Assembly: GCA_965205265.1 (NCBI GenBank)
Contig: CBDBGH010000003.1
Coordinates: 2,528,001-2,592,000 of the forward strand
Direction of reading: 5' to 3'
Length of the DNA: 64,000 bases
Origin: Alphaproteobacteria bacterium
Lineage (GTDB): Bacteria; Pseudomonadota; Alphaproteobacteria; Bin95
Under the pieces are notes generated by a model, which saw nothing but the letters and a program-made list of their open reading frames with translations, was not told where the DNA came from and did not search any database. Position numbers and translations under genes: made by a program. Numbering within the stretch: the first letter of the stretch is position 1; each line of letters opens with the position of its first letter. Below, in pieces: positions 10,301 to 19,078 of this stretch.

Positions 10301-12224
10301 AAACCCGGGCGAAGGCCTCGCGGAAGATCTCCTCGATGCGGTCCGGTTCGAAATCGGGGCCTTCCCCGTGCAGCAGGCCGAAGTCGTGCAGCCACACCCT
10401 CGGCGCATCGGTCCGCTTGATCTTGCTGGGATGCTCGTCCTCGACCTTGAGGCCCATGTTTTCCAGCATCGGCAGCGCGTCGGAGAGCGCGACGGGCCTC
10501 TGCCCGAGCTGGAACAGCTTGAAGCGCAGCCGCCCTTCCTCGGCCTCGAGCGGGCGGTAGAGGCTCATTTCGATGCCGTTCTCCCGGATGCGCTCCATCT
10601 TCTCGACGTCGAGCACGGCGATCCGGGCGGAATAGGCCTCGCGGTAGTCCGCGCGGAAGGCCTCTCCATAGCGCCGGAACAGGCTCGTGCCCGCCTCCTC
10701 GCCGAAACGGTCGAGGAGCGCGTCGTGCAGATCGTCGGTCCAGGTGCGGCTGACGACACGGAGCCGCCGTTCGAGGTCGGCAAGGTCGTATTGCGGCGCG
10801 TGCCCGGCCTCGACGCGCATGACGAAGAAGAGCCGCGCCAGCACGGACTCCGAGAGCCGCACGGTGAACTCGGTGTCCGTCGCGCCGAGCGCCTCTTCGA
10901 GAATCCCCTGGATGACCTGCCGGCTTCCGGTGGTGAACCGGTCCCTGGGCACGAACACGATGCAGGAATAGAAGCGCCCGAAGCGGTCCGGATGGATGAA
11001 AAGGCGGATGCGCTGCCGTTCCTGGAGGTGCAGGATTCCGGTCGCGGTTTCGAACAGCTCCCCGGCCGGGATCTGTAACAGCAGCTCCCGCGGGAAGGTA
11101 TCGACGATGTTCTCCAGCGCCTTGGCGGCGTGGCTGCCCGGCGGATAACCGGCGCGGCGCTGCAAGGCGTCCGCCTTCTGCCGCAGCAGCGGGATGTCGC
11201 GCGGCGCCCGGTTGAAGGCCTCGGAAGTGTAGAGGCCGAGGAAGCGGTGTTCGCCCGCGACATTGCCGTCGCCGTCGAACCGCCGGAGAGCGATGCAGTC
11301 CAGATGGCTCGGCCGGTGGACCCGCGAGCGCCGGTCCGCGCGCGTGATCGCCAGCAATTCGGCCGCGTCCATGCCGCTCGGGCCGGGCAGGTCCGGAACC
11401 GGCGGCGGTCCGCCTTCGCCGCGCAGGAGGCCGAGGCCGGTGTCAGGCTCGGGCGCGAACCGGCCCTCGCCGCCGGCTTCCTCCACGCGGCTTTCGCAGT
11501 AGCCGAGGAAGGTGAAATGGTTGTCCTCGATCCATTCGAGGAACGCCTTCACCTCCTCCCGTTCCTCGCCGCCGACGGACGGCGGCAGGGCGTCCAGTTC
11601 CTCGATGGCAAGGCGCATGCGCTCGCGCATGCCGCCCCAGTCCTCCACCGCGACCCGCACGTCGCCGAGAGCGGCAAGCATCTCGGCCGCGACGGCGTCG
11701 AGCACGTCCCGTTCCGTCTGCCGGTCGGTCTCGATATGGATAACCGCCTCGACGCCGGTTTCCCCGCCGCCGGCTTCCTCGACCGGGAGCACCGCCTCGA
11801 TGCGCCCGTCCTCCCCCCGGCGGACGCGCAGGACCGGGTGGATGACGAGGTGGCTGGTATAGCCGCGCGCATTGAGGACCATGCGCACGGAATCGACCAG
11901 GAACGGCAGGTCGTCGGTGACGATCTCGACGATGGTGTGGGTGGACTGCCATCCGTGCTGCTCGATCTCCGGGTTGTAAACGCGGACCTTCGCCTCGCCG
12001 GGCGTCCGCCGGCGGGCGAGGTTGAGATGCGCCACCGCTGCGCCGTAGAGGTCGTCCGGCCGGCGTTCGGCCAGGTCCTCCTGCGAAACGCCCGCGTAAT
12101 AGAGGGCGATGAAGGAGAGCGCGGCATCGAGCTCCCCGCCGCCCAGCCGCTCCTGCGCGAGCGCGGCGATTTCCTCGAACAGTTCCGTCTGTTGCGTATC
12201 GGGCTGTTGTGTATCGGGCGCCAT
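7362..12224 (-). CDS. gdhB: Large NAD-specific glutamate dehydrogenase
   Basis: About 1620 aa; RGGIRWSDR, KNAVIVPVGSKGG, VAADKGTATFSD, GIGDMGGDVFGN, DNSGGVDCSDHEVNIK; AAAGGA RBS before ATG 12224. Confidence 0.95.
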   Translation of the reverse strand: MAPDTQQPDTQQTELFEEIAALAQERLGGGELDAALSFIALYYAGVSQEDLAERRPDDLYGAAVAHLNLARRRTPGEAKVRVYNPEIEQHGWQSTHTIVEIVTDDLPFLVDSVRMVLNARGYTSHLVIHPVLRVRRGEDGRIEAVLPVEEAGGGETGVEAVIHIETDRQTERDVLDAVAAEMLAALGDVRVAVEDWGGMRERMRLAIEELDALPPSVGGEEREEVKAFLEWIEDNHFTFLGYCESRVEEAGGEGRFAPEPDTGLGLLRGEGGPPPVPDLPGPSGMDAAELLAITRADRRSRVHRPSHLDCIALRRFDGDGNVAGEHRFLGLYTSEAFNRAPRDIPLLRQKADALQRRAGYPPGSHAAKALENIVDTFPRELLLQIPAGELFETATGILHLQERQRIRLFIHPDRFGRFYSCIVFVPRDRFTTGSRQVIQGILEEALGATDTEFTVRLSESVLARLFFVMRVEAGHAPQYDLADLERRLRVVSRTWTDDLHDALLDRFGEEAGTSLFRRYGEAFRADYREAYSARIAVLDVEKMERIRENGIEMSLYRPLEAEEGRLRFKLFQLGQRPVALSDALPMLENMGLKVEDEHPSKIKRTDAPRVWLHDFGLLHGEGPDFEPDRIEEIFREAFARVWAGGVENDGFNRLVLRAGIGWREIVILRAYCKYLRQAGTAFSEAYIQDALAANPAIAAMLVELFGVRLDPARQEGSQEGKNGAVARLDAALEVQARIEAALEQVANLDEDRILRSYLGVIGATLRTNYFQPGPDGAPKPYLSFKLDPQRIPELPEPRPQYEIFVYSPRVEAVHLRGGAVARGGIRWSDRREDFRTEVLGLAKAQMVKNAVIVPVGSKGGFFPKKLPVWAGREAVQEEGIACYRTFVRGMLDITDNLAGGRVVPPAHVVRHDGDDPYLVVAADKGTATFSDIANGVAGEYGFWLGDAFASGGSQGYDHKGMGITARGGWESVKRHFRELGMDCQAADFTAVGIGDMGGDVFGNAMLLSPHIRLVAAFNHMHIFIDPDPDAEAAFAERRRLFALPRSTWDDFDRSVLSAGAGIYPRSAKSVPLSPEARAALGTDAEAPTPTELIALILKAPVDLLWNGGIGTYVKSRRESHADVGDRANDAVRIDGGDLRCRVVGEGGNLGFTQLGRIEYAAKGGRINTDAIDNSGGVDCSDHEVNIKVLLNEAVAAGDMTGKQRNRLLEEMTDEVGALVLRSNYLQTQALSVAAAHAPSMLEVHARLIRRLERDGALDREIEFLPGAEELAERLEAKGRLFTPELAVLIAYVKIGLFQRLLASDLPAEPFAANELRAYFPAALGERFGPLMPSHRLAREIVSTQVANEMANRCGITFAFRLGEETGADEADIARAYLVARDVYGMRGTWAVIEALDGRVDADVQISMLQETRKLVERAARWLLRNRPRPLDIGRDIEHFAAGVAALRGSLGEVVAASSRAAMDETGSRLAGQGVPEDLAQEVANCEDLLSALAVVEVAAGAAIPVETAASVYFELAETLDLHWLRDRIAALPRDNRWQALSRAALRDDLYAQLSALTLDTLRLDGGGADPAGRVDVWLRRNRIPAARCRQIVADLMSAGRTDFTMLSVAMGEIRTLRQSD

Positions 12225-12409
12225 GGGAGACATCCTTTCGCGTCGTCCGGGCCTGCTGCCGCGCAGCGCGCCGGAGCGTTGCCGCAGGCTGTCTCCCAGG
12301 GTCCCGGTCGCGGATCGGGCCGCGGGAGGGCCCGCGGTGCGGCGACTCCCTGCAATATAGGCGTTGCCGCTGTATTTCGGGACTCCGATTTGCGATTGCC
12401 GCATTGCGT

Positions 12410-12680
12410 CCATTGCTGTCCGGTTCAGGATTTGCGGGCAGGGCGCATGGCCTGGATTCAACCGGGTTTCGAGGGGTTCGGCGGGATCGGGACCCGGACC
12501 GACGTCCGGCGGCCCGGCCCTGTTCCCGTCATACCCGGACTTGTTCCGGGTATCTCTTTCAAGCGGCTCCGCCGGGCGGCCGTATGGATACCCGGAACAA
12601 GTCCGGGTATGACGAAAGAGCCTGCCCTGAGCCTGCCGAAGGGGGGCGTTCGGGCGTGACGGGGAAAGGGGCGGGAGCCC
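12410..12680. repeat. Composite REP-like mosaic related to 5099-5490 (mostly inverted)
   Basis: ttgctgtccggttcag, gtcatacccggacttgttccgggtat...atacccggaacaagtccgggtatgac, cctgccctgagcctgccgaaggg. Confidence 0.85.
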
Positions 12681-12686
12681 GCGCGC

Positions 12687-13190
12687 TCACGCGCCCGGCA
12701 GGGCGCGCCAGTCGTCGAAGGAGATCGCGCGGCCGGGCCAGGCGGGGCTGGCGAAGGGCCAGATGTCGGCGATCCAGGCGCGAACGGTCCGGTAGAGCTC
12801 CTCGTCGAGCCCGTCCGCGAGCGTATCGGCGCGCACCCACATCATGACCTTGCAGTCATGGCCGCGCTTGCGGGTGGGCTTGATATAGACGCAGCCGAGG
12901 CACCGGCTTTCATCGGGCGCCATCGCGGTGTAGGCGAAGGAGGAGCGGCGCCTGAACTCTTTCTGGTGCCAGCCGAGATCGACGAGGTCGTCCTCGATGG
13001 TCAGCCCCTCCGGCCACGAGCCGCCGCTTTCAGGGCTGTAGGTCGCCCGCAGGTGCTCGACGCTCGACATCACGGCGTCGTAGTCCTTGACGAGATCGTT
13101 GACCGACAGCATCCGCAGGCGGAACCGCGGATGCTCCAGGACTGCGGGAACCTCGAAACCGTCGGGGACGAGGCGGAAGCGGTCGTGCAT
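12687..13190 (-). CDS. GNAT-family N-acetyltransferase
   Basis: DYDAVMSS, DLGWHQKEF..RSSFAYT, CLGCVYI pattern of a known small GNAT family. Confidence 0.8.
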   Translation of the reverse strand: MHDRFRLVPDGFEVPAVLEHPRFRLRMLSVNDLVKDYDAVMSSVEHLRATYSPESGGSWPEGLTIEDDLVDLGWHQKEFRRRSSFAYTAMAPDESRCLGCVYIKPTRKRGHDCKVMMWVRADTLADGLDEELYRTVRAWIADIWPFASPAWPGRAISFDDWRALPGA

Positions 13191-13383
13191 GGGCGCGCTC
13201 CGGCAAAGCGTTTTCGTTGACGGCGACTCTACCAGCATCGGCGGCGCGCGTGTCGAAAGGCGGCGTCGGCGCCGCCGGTGCCGCGCACGTCGAAAGGAGC
13301 CTGTCCTGAGCCTGTCGAAGGGCGGCGATTGCCGCCGGTTCCGCGAGGCCCTACCGTCGGCGGCCCGTTTCCGGGAGTGCGCC

Positions 13384-14391
13384 TTGCCCGTCTTCCCCTT
13401 CCACGAATTGCGCCGCGCCGCCTGGAACCTGGCGGACGGCAATGTGCGCCCCGGCGAGGACGTGCTGGTGGTCGCGAGCTCGGACCAGGAGCCGGCGCTG
13501 GTCGATGCGCTTGTCGCCGCGGCCGACGCGGCCGGCGCGGGCACGGCGACGGCCGCCGCCATTGCCTGCCCCGCCGACATGGCCGATTACCGCCACCCCG
13601 CGCCCGTCATCGCCGCGGCCGAGCGCGCCGGGCTCACCGTGGTGGCGACCTCCATCCGCTTCCCGCGCGCCTATGACGACCTCAGCCGGGCGCTGTTCGC
13701 CGCCGGGCGCCGGCAGGTGCTCATCAACAACGCGCCGCTGGAGGATTTCGTGCGCGGCGCGGCGCTCGCCGACCCGGAGGCGCTGCTGGCGCGCACGCGC
13801 AGGCTCGCCGGCGCGGTCTCGGGCGCGCGCACCGTCCGGGTCGTCTCGCCGAACGGCACCGACCTCACCGTCCGCGTCTGCCGGCCCTGCCTGCCGCTCA
13901 CCGGCTTCGCGGAGGAGGACACCGGCTTCGGCTCCTTCCCGAGCGGCGAGGCCATGCTGTCGCCGGAGGAGGGCAGCGCGGAGGGCGTGTTCGTGGCGGA
14001 CGCCTTCGGGCAGGTGGTCTATCTGGCGGATGCCGGCCCGCAGCTCGGCCTGCTGGAAGACCCCGTCCGGCTGGAATTCGCCGCCGGCCGGCTGGCCCGC
14101 CTCTCCGGCGGCAGCGCCGCCAGGCGGCTGGAGGCGGTGCTGGCGGCGGCGGACGGCAATGCAAGGCTGCTCGCCGAGCTCGGCCTCGGCACCAACGGCC
14201 ACGCCCGCGCCGTCGGCCATGTGGAAAACAAGTTCCGCCTCGGCACCGCCCACATCGCGCTCGGCGACAACCGCCTGATCGGCTGGCGCGCGGCGGACAA
14301 ATACGGCGGCGCGATAAAGAGCAACCGCCACATAGACCTCGTCGCCGACAATATCCGCATCGAGATCGACGGGGAGCCGGTGACGCCGTGA
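13384..14391 (+). CDS. M29/thermophilic-metalloprotease-like aminopeptidase
   Basis: SPNGTDL, FPSGE, AELGLGTN, GTAHIALGDN, HIDLV; TTG start after GGGAG is inferred. Confidence 0.75.
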   Translation: MPVFPFHELRRAAWNLADGNVRPGEDVLVVASSDQEPALVDALVAAADAAGAGTATAAAIACPADMADYRHPAPVIAAAERAGLTVVATSIRFPRAYDDLSRALFAAGRRQVLINNAPLEDFVRGAALADPEALLARTRRLAGAVSGARTVRVVSPNGTDLTVRVCRPCLPLTGFAEEDTGFGSFPSGEAMLSPEEGSAEGVFVADAFGQVVYLADAGPQLGLLEDPVRLEFAAGRLARLSGGSAARRLEAVLAAADGNARLLAELGLGTNGHARAVGHVENKFRLGTAHIALGDNRLIGWRAADKYGGAIKSNRHIDLVADNIRIEIDGEPVTP

Positions 14392-14517
14392 GTGCGGCGA
14401 CGGCGGGTCGGAATAAGGCGGACGGGGGACGCGCGCCTGGCCCCTTTCTTGCGCCGCATTCGAGATGCATGCGAGCGATCGGTGCTTACACGCTGAACTG
14501 ACCGAATGGCCGATTGC

Positions 14518-15033
14518 CTATGAAATCTTCAGCAGCTTGTCTCGCAAGACAATCGCAAGGACATCGAGAACTTCATTTCGATCGAGGCCGTTGTCGTAGG
14601 CGCATTGCTTTATGCGTGCATCGAATTCCGGACTTGGCCGATATTCATCGCGAGCATACTCGAAGCACCGTTCCTGAATATCGTAAGGATGTTTCCCGTC
14701 GGTTTGCGTGCGCAGCATTGGCATGAGTTTTTCTGCTACAGAAGGAATGTCGAGAATATCGGAGACTTTCCGTCCGGTTTCCGTCAGACGCAAGGGACTT
14801 TCGGATTCTATCGTTTTGGAAGCCTGCCAATGGAGGATTTTTCTTATGTCTGCACGAACCTCGGCAAGTCCTTCCTGAAGCGTCTTTGCGAGTGAGTCGA
14901 TCCTGTTGTTGACCGATCCGATGCTGGCATCCACACGCTGCGTCCATCGGGATATTTTTACGATTGTCATAACGAGCGTGATAACCAGCCCGACGACGAC
15001 CCACCATGGCGTTTGCGCGGCCCATTCCGGCAT
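14518..15033 (-). CDS. Hypothetical protein with N-terminal TM helix and coiled coil (lower GC)
   Basis: Clean ORF in a lower-GC tract; WWVVVGLVITLVMTIV TM segment. Confidence 0.7.
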   Translation of the reverse strand: MPEWAAQTPWWVVVGLVITLVMTIVKISRWTQRVDASIGSVNNRIDSLAKTLQEGLAEVRADIRKILHWQASKTIESESPLRLTETGRKVSDILDIPSVAEKLMPMLRTQTDGKHPYDIQERCFEYARDEYRPSPEFDARIKQCAYDNGLDRNEVLDVLAIVLRDKLLKIS

Positions 15034-15304
15034 CTCTTCGTTTCTCCCCGCTTCCGGTTCCCGGATAGGGTCGGCAAGAAATATTGGCCATCCTAAACCG
15101 CTTCGCAATATCGATCATAGTCGGAAAGGATGTCGCATCCGGTTTTCCGGTTATTTCTGGGCAAACGACCGGACTGTTTACAGACCCGCCCCGGCTCAGC
15201 CTGGGCGAGGCCTCCCCGAAACCCGTCGCTTCGGGTCAAGAATTCGGAAAAGCTAACACTGGCAAAGAGATAGCCAAAGGCCGGCCGGCCAGGCACACAG
15301 GTCC

Positions 15305-16147
15305 TTATCGAAAGCTCGCCTGGAAGGCCGTGGGCATGAGGGACACATGCGCGTCGAGGGGCGGGGGGAGTTCGAAGGCTTTCGGTTCGCGCGAGAAATT
15401 CCAGAGGCGGAACAGGCGCCATTCCTCGCGCCTCGCCTCGGCCACGGCGAGTTCGTTTCGCGAGATGTGGAAGGGCGTGCGCTCCCAGCCGTTGGTGGTC
15501 TTCACCTCCAGCAGCCGGCAGCGGCCGTCGGGCCGGAAGCTGGCGATGTCGTAGCCGGCTCCGTCGCCCTCCTCTTCCGACACCCAGCGCACCGCTTGCG
15601 CCAGGTCGCCGCGGCCGGCGCCCGCCAGCACGGCGCGTTCATGCGCCAGCGCAAGCTTTTCGCCGGCGCGGCCGAGCGCGCGGTTGCGCTCGTCCCGGCC
15701 CGCCGCATCGAACCGGCGGGCGATGCCCAGCATCTGTTCGAGCTCCTGCGGCGGCGGGCGGTTGCTAAGCGTCGGCGGCGGCCCGACCCAGAGTTGCGCC
15801 GCCTCCCGCATGCCGGTTGCGGCGGCACGGTCCTCGCCCGGCGCGCGATGCAGCCATGACGGGTGGGCCTCCAGCCACCGGGCCACCGCGTCCGCAAGCC
15901 TCGCCTGGAAATTGAAGGCGGGCCTGTAGCCCTCCAGCCAGTCCTCGCCCAGGCCCTTGAGCACGGCGCTGACATTGCGGCGCTTGAACTCGATCGACGC
16001 CTCCGAGCGGTTCCGAAGGCGGGGCATCAGCGCGCGCCGGTGCTGCGTCTTGCTGTAGGGCCGCCCGGCAAGCTCGTGGGCCAGCATCGCGAAATAGTCC
16101 GCGACGATCCGGTCGTTCTCCTCATCGGTCCAGGGCCCGCTCGACAT
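15305..16147 (-). CDS. DUF3883 (NOV C-terminal, PD-(D/E)XK-like nuclease) domain protein
   Basis: GDGAGYDIASF, LEVKTT, FHISRNE; N-terminal WTDEE...RSEASIEFK helical domain. Confidence 0.85.
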   Translation of the reverse strand: MSSGPWTDEENDRIVADYFAMLAHELAGRPYSKTQHRRALMPRLRNRSEASIEFKRRNVSAVLKGLGEDWLEGYRPAFNFQARLADAVARWLEAHPSWLHRAPGEDRAAATGMREAAQLWVGPPPTLSNRPPPQELEQMLGIARRFDAAGRDERNRALGRAGEKLALAHERAVLAGAGRGDLAQAVRWVSEEEGDGAGYDIASFRPDGRCRLLEVKTTNGWERTPFHISRNELAVAEARREEWRLFRLWNFSREPKAFELPPPLDAHVSLMPTAFQASFR

Positions 16148-16264
16148 TACCCGAAGTTATAGGCATGAGCACCTGTTGTCATTGCGGGCCGCGCCGGCGG
16201 ATGCGACAGGATCGGAAATCATATCCTGTTCTGAAAAACTTCGGAATAATTCTCCTGAATGGGC

Positions 16265-16291
16265 TTGACATTTCCTCGTTTGTGCTATGAT
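16265..16291 (+). promoter_or_regulatory. Sigma70-like promoter with extended -10
   Basis: TTGACA (16265), 15 nt, TATGAT preceded by TG; spacer shorter than optimal. Confidence 0.45.
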
Positions 16292-16659
16292 GGCGGGGAG
16301 GGAGGAACGCGGCATCCGCGCGGGGCCGCCTTGCTTCCCCGGTTCGCGCCGGCGCGAAAAAAGCCCCCGATTCGGCCAACAGGCGAGGTGCGTCCTGCGT
16401 CCGGTTCGCGCGCGGGGGCGCGCCCGGGCAATCAGGCGCGCAAACCGCGCCGCCGCGAAACGCGCGCCCACGGGCGCGGGGGCGCCGGCGCGCATTACGC
16501 GCGAAACAGGGTCCCGCCGCATGGCGGGGCGGGCGAGGGAGAAGCGGAACGAAACGGGATGGAGGAACGACATGCCGGAATGCGAGAACGGGGCCCGGGC
16601 GGAGCGGCCTCCCGAAATCTCCCGCCCGCTTCCGGGGGAGAGGACGGAAGTGGCGGCTG

Positions 16660-16790
16660 AAAAGCCCTCTCCCTCGGGGAGAGGGTTGGGTGAGGGCCCG
16701 CTTCCGCGCCAGCGGAAGCGGCGGGCGCAAGCCCGGCGAAGGTCCGTCACGCGAGAGGGCCCCCTCCCGGCCCGCGCAAGCGGGAGAGGA
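16660..16790. repeat. REP-like hairpins (ccctctccc...gggagaggg type), related copies at 17634-17750
   Basis: gccctctccctcggggagagggttgggtgagggc and gcaagcgggagagg; counterparts at about 17634-17670 and 17712-17750. Confidence 0.75.
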
Positions 16791-16832
16791 GTATTACGGC
16801 GGCCGTCGGCCGGCCGGGGCGGCCGCCTCCCG

Positions 16833-17333
16833 TCATTGACCGCCGTTCGCGGGTTTGCAGGGTTCCGGCCTGCACCGCAGCACGATGTGCCGGCGCTCGA
16901 TTTCCCGGCGGAAGCGGTCGGGCAGACGGGCCCAGTCATGCGGCTGGACGAGGCGGGTTTCGCGGTCGAGGCCGTGGCGCCTCAGGAAGCGCTGCACCGT
17001 GGTCGGGTGGAACTCCAGCCCCTCGGCGGCGAGCGCGTCGCGCAGCCCGTACATGGAAAGCCCCGGCCGCCTCGCCAGGATGCGGAGGATGCGCTCCCGC
17101 TCCGGCTCGATCCGCGAGATGCTGCCGCCCTTCCTGTAGGGCCGCACATGGCCGCGCTCGCGAAGGCGCCGCACCCAATTGCCGACGCTTCTCCGCGTCA
17201 GGCCGAACCGCCGCGCCGCTGCGCGTATGCTCATGCCCTCGCGCAGCACGGCCGCCACCGCCGCCGCCCGCAGGTCCTCGCCCACCGCCCGGCCCCGCCG
17301 CCGCCCCGGCAATCCGTCCACGGGTCCGTCCAT
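16833..17333 (-). CDS. IS630-family transposase N-terminal HTH protein (no DDE domain)
   Basis: DLRAAAVAAV..GMSIRAAARRFG..VGNWVRR..GHVRP; FHPTTVQRFLRRHGL; no catalytic part seen; start codon uncertain. Confidence 0.65.
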   Translation of the reverse strand: MDGPVDGLPGRRRGRAVGEDLRAAAVAAVLREGMSIRAAARRFGLTRRSVGNWVRRLRERGHVRPYRKGGSISRIEPERERILRILARRPGLSMYGLRDALAAEGLEFHPTTVQRFLRRHGLDRETRLVQPHDWARLPDRFRREIERRHIVLRCRPEPCKPANGGQ

Positions 17334-17555
17334 CGCCCTGTCTTTTCCTCTGGCGATTCCGCCGCCGCGAACCGCCCCTTTCCGGCCGAAATCGACCGCC
17401 ACGCCCGGCCGTCCGGCCGCACCTCCCCTGTGGGTCGGCGGGGGCCCCGGTCAGCGGCCCTCACGCCTTCGGGTTCGGTGCTTCACAAGGGCGGCGCAAG
17501 CCGCCGCCGGTCGGTCAGGTCATGGCCTCTCTCGGCATGTTTTCTTGGTATAAGG

Positions 17556-17587
17556 GAATATATAGAGAACAAACAGCCCGGAGTCAA
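17556..17587 (-). promoter_or_regulatory. Alphaproteobacterial LexA-like box overlapping a sigma70-like promoter
   Basis: GAAT-N7-GAAC at 17556-17570 (consensus GAAC-N7-GAAC); TTGACT -35 on the minus strand at 17587-17582. Confidence 0.55.
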
Positions 17588-17829
17588 GCCATCCCTGTCG
17601 CCTCTTTCCGTTGTTGCGGCTGCCTGCCTTTGCTCCCCTCCCGCTGGGCGGGAGGGGTTGGGGGAGGGCCTCTCAACGTGACGGGGCTTCGCCCGCCGGC
17701 CTGACGGCCGGCCCCTCACCCGGCCTCTCTCCGCAAGCGGGGAGAGGGGAATTGTTGCGGCTGCCCACCGTGCGGCGTTGACGGCGGAAGGCGCACCGGT
17801 GCAGGGGCCTACCGCATGCACACATCTCG

Positions 17830-17855
17830 CCGCACCTTCGGTGCTAACCATCTGA
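17830..17855. repeat. Conserved motif upstream of integrases 1 and 3 (second copy 21632-21658)
   Basis: ccgcacctt(g)cggtgctaac(c/t)atctga, about 120 bp before both start codons; contains a GCACC/GGTGC palindrome. Confidence 0.8.
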
Positions 17856-17950
17856 CATGATTGTGGATTTTTCCCGTTTCCGGTGCAACCGGGCGCGCGA
17901 AAGGCACCCCGGTTTCGCACCTACGTGCAAAGGATCGGGGAACCGCAGTC

Positions 17951-19078
17951 ATGGCCGCCATTCGCCTCACCCAACGCCGGGTCGATACCCTCCGGCCGCA
18001 CAAGACTGTCCGCACTGTCCGGGACGCAGAACTGAAGGGATACGGCGTCCGCATCACGCCCTCGGGCAGGAAGCGGTACTTCATTCACAGCCAGTACCGG
18101 GGCCACCGGGTCTGGAAGATCGTCGGCGATGCGGCGGTCATGACCGAGGCCGAGGCGCGCGCCCGCGCCAGATCCATACTGGCGGCACTGCACGACGACA
18201 GGGACATCGAGGTGGAGGCGTCCGGCGACGCGCTGTTCGAGACCGTCGCCGAGGAGGTCTTCTCCCGCTACGGCAGGCGCTGGAAGCCGCGCACGCTTGC
18301 GGTCAACCGCCGCTATCTCAGCAATCAGATCCTGCCCTTCTTCACGGGCCGGCCGGTTGCGGATATCACCCGCGAAGAGGTGCAGCGCTGGTTCCGCTCG
18401 CTCCATGCTACGCCCGCGGCGGCGAACCGTTCGGCGCCGATCCTCTCCGTCATCATGCAGCAGGCCGAAGCTTGGGGGTATCGTCCCGATGGCGGCAATC
18501 CCTGCAAGGGGATCAAGCGCTACCGGCAGAAGCGGTCCGAGCGTTTCCTGTCTCCGGAGGAATACCGCCGCCTCGGCATGGCGCTGGATCGGCATGAGGC
18601 CCGGCAGCCGTTCCGGGTTGCGGCCCTGCGCCTGCTTCTGCTGACCGGCTGCCGCAAGTCGGAGATCGTCACCCTGGAATGGCGCTTCTACCGCGACGGC
18701 AGGCTCTACCTGGCGGACAGCAAGACCGGTCCCCGCACGGTCTGGCTGTGCAGCGCGGCGCGGAAGGTCCTCGACGGGCTGCCGCGTTCGTCGCGCTTCG
18801 TGTTCCCCATCGCAGGCCGGACCACGCCGTGGAGCTGGCTGGACGCCTTCTGGATGCAGTTGCGCGTCGAGGCGGGTCTCGAGGACGTTCGCCTGCATGA
18901 CACCCGCCACTCTTTCGCTAGCATGGCGCTGTCGAACGGCGAGACGATCCGCACGGTGGGCCGGCTGCTGGGTCATGACAATGCGGCGACCACGCTGAAA
19001 TACGCGCATTTGTCCGACGCCACGGTCCGGGAGACGGTCGAAGCGCTGGCGCCGCTGCTCTCGGGGGCGCAGTCATGA
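17951..19078 (+). CDS. Tyrosine integrase with arm-DNA-binding domain (first of a tandem pair)
   Basis: RDAELKGYGVRI arm domain; TGCRKSE, LHDTRH, LGH, KYAH catalytic residues. Confidence 0.93.
   Translation: MAAIRLTQRRVDTLRPHKTVRTVRDAELKGYGVRITPSGRKRYFIHSQYRGHRVWKIVGDAAVMTEAEARARARSILAALHDDRDIEVEASGDALFETVAEEVFSRYGRRWKPRTLAVNRRYLSNQILPFFTGRPVADITREEVQRWFRSLHATPAAANRSAPILSVIMQQAEAWGYRPDGGNPCKGIKRYRQKRSERFLSPEEYRRLGMALDRHEARQPFRVAALRLLLLTGCRKSEIVTLEWRFYRDGRLYLADSKTGPRTVWLCSAARKVLDGLPRSSRFVFPIAGRTTPWSWLDAFWMQLRVEAGLEDVRLHDTRHSFASMALSNGETIRTVGRLLGHDNAATTLKYAHLSDATVRETVEALAPLLSGAQS

Noticed and set aside
16228-16242. Second LexA-like box GTTC-N7-CTTC upstream of the DUF3883 gene
   Set aside because: Mismatch in a conserved position and no clear promoter context
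14392-17950. tRNA or tmRNA integration site at the island boundary
   Set aside because: No cloverleaf or T-arm/CCA fragment could be recognised by eye
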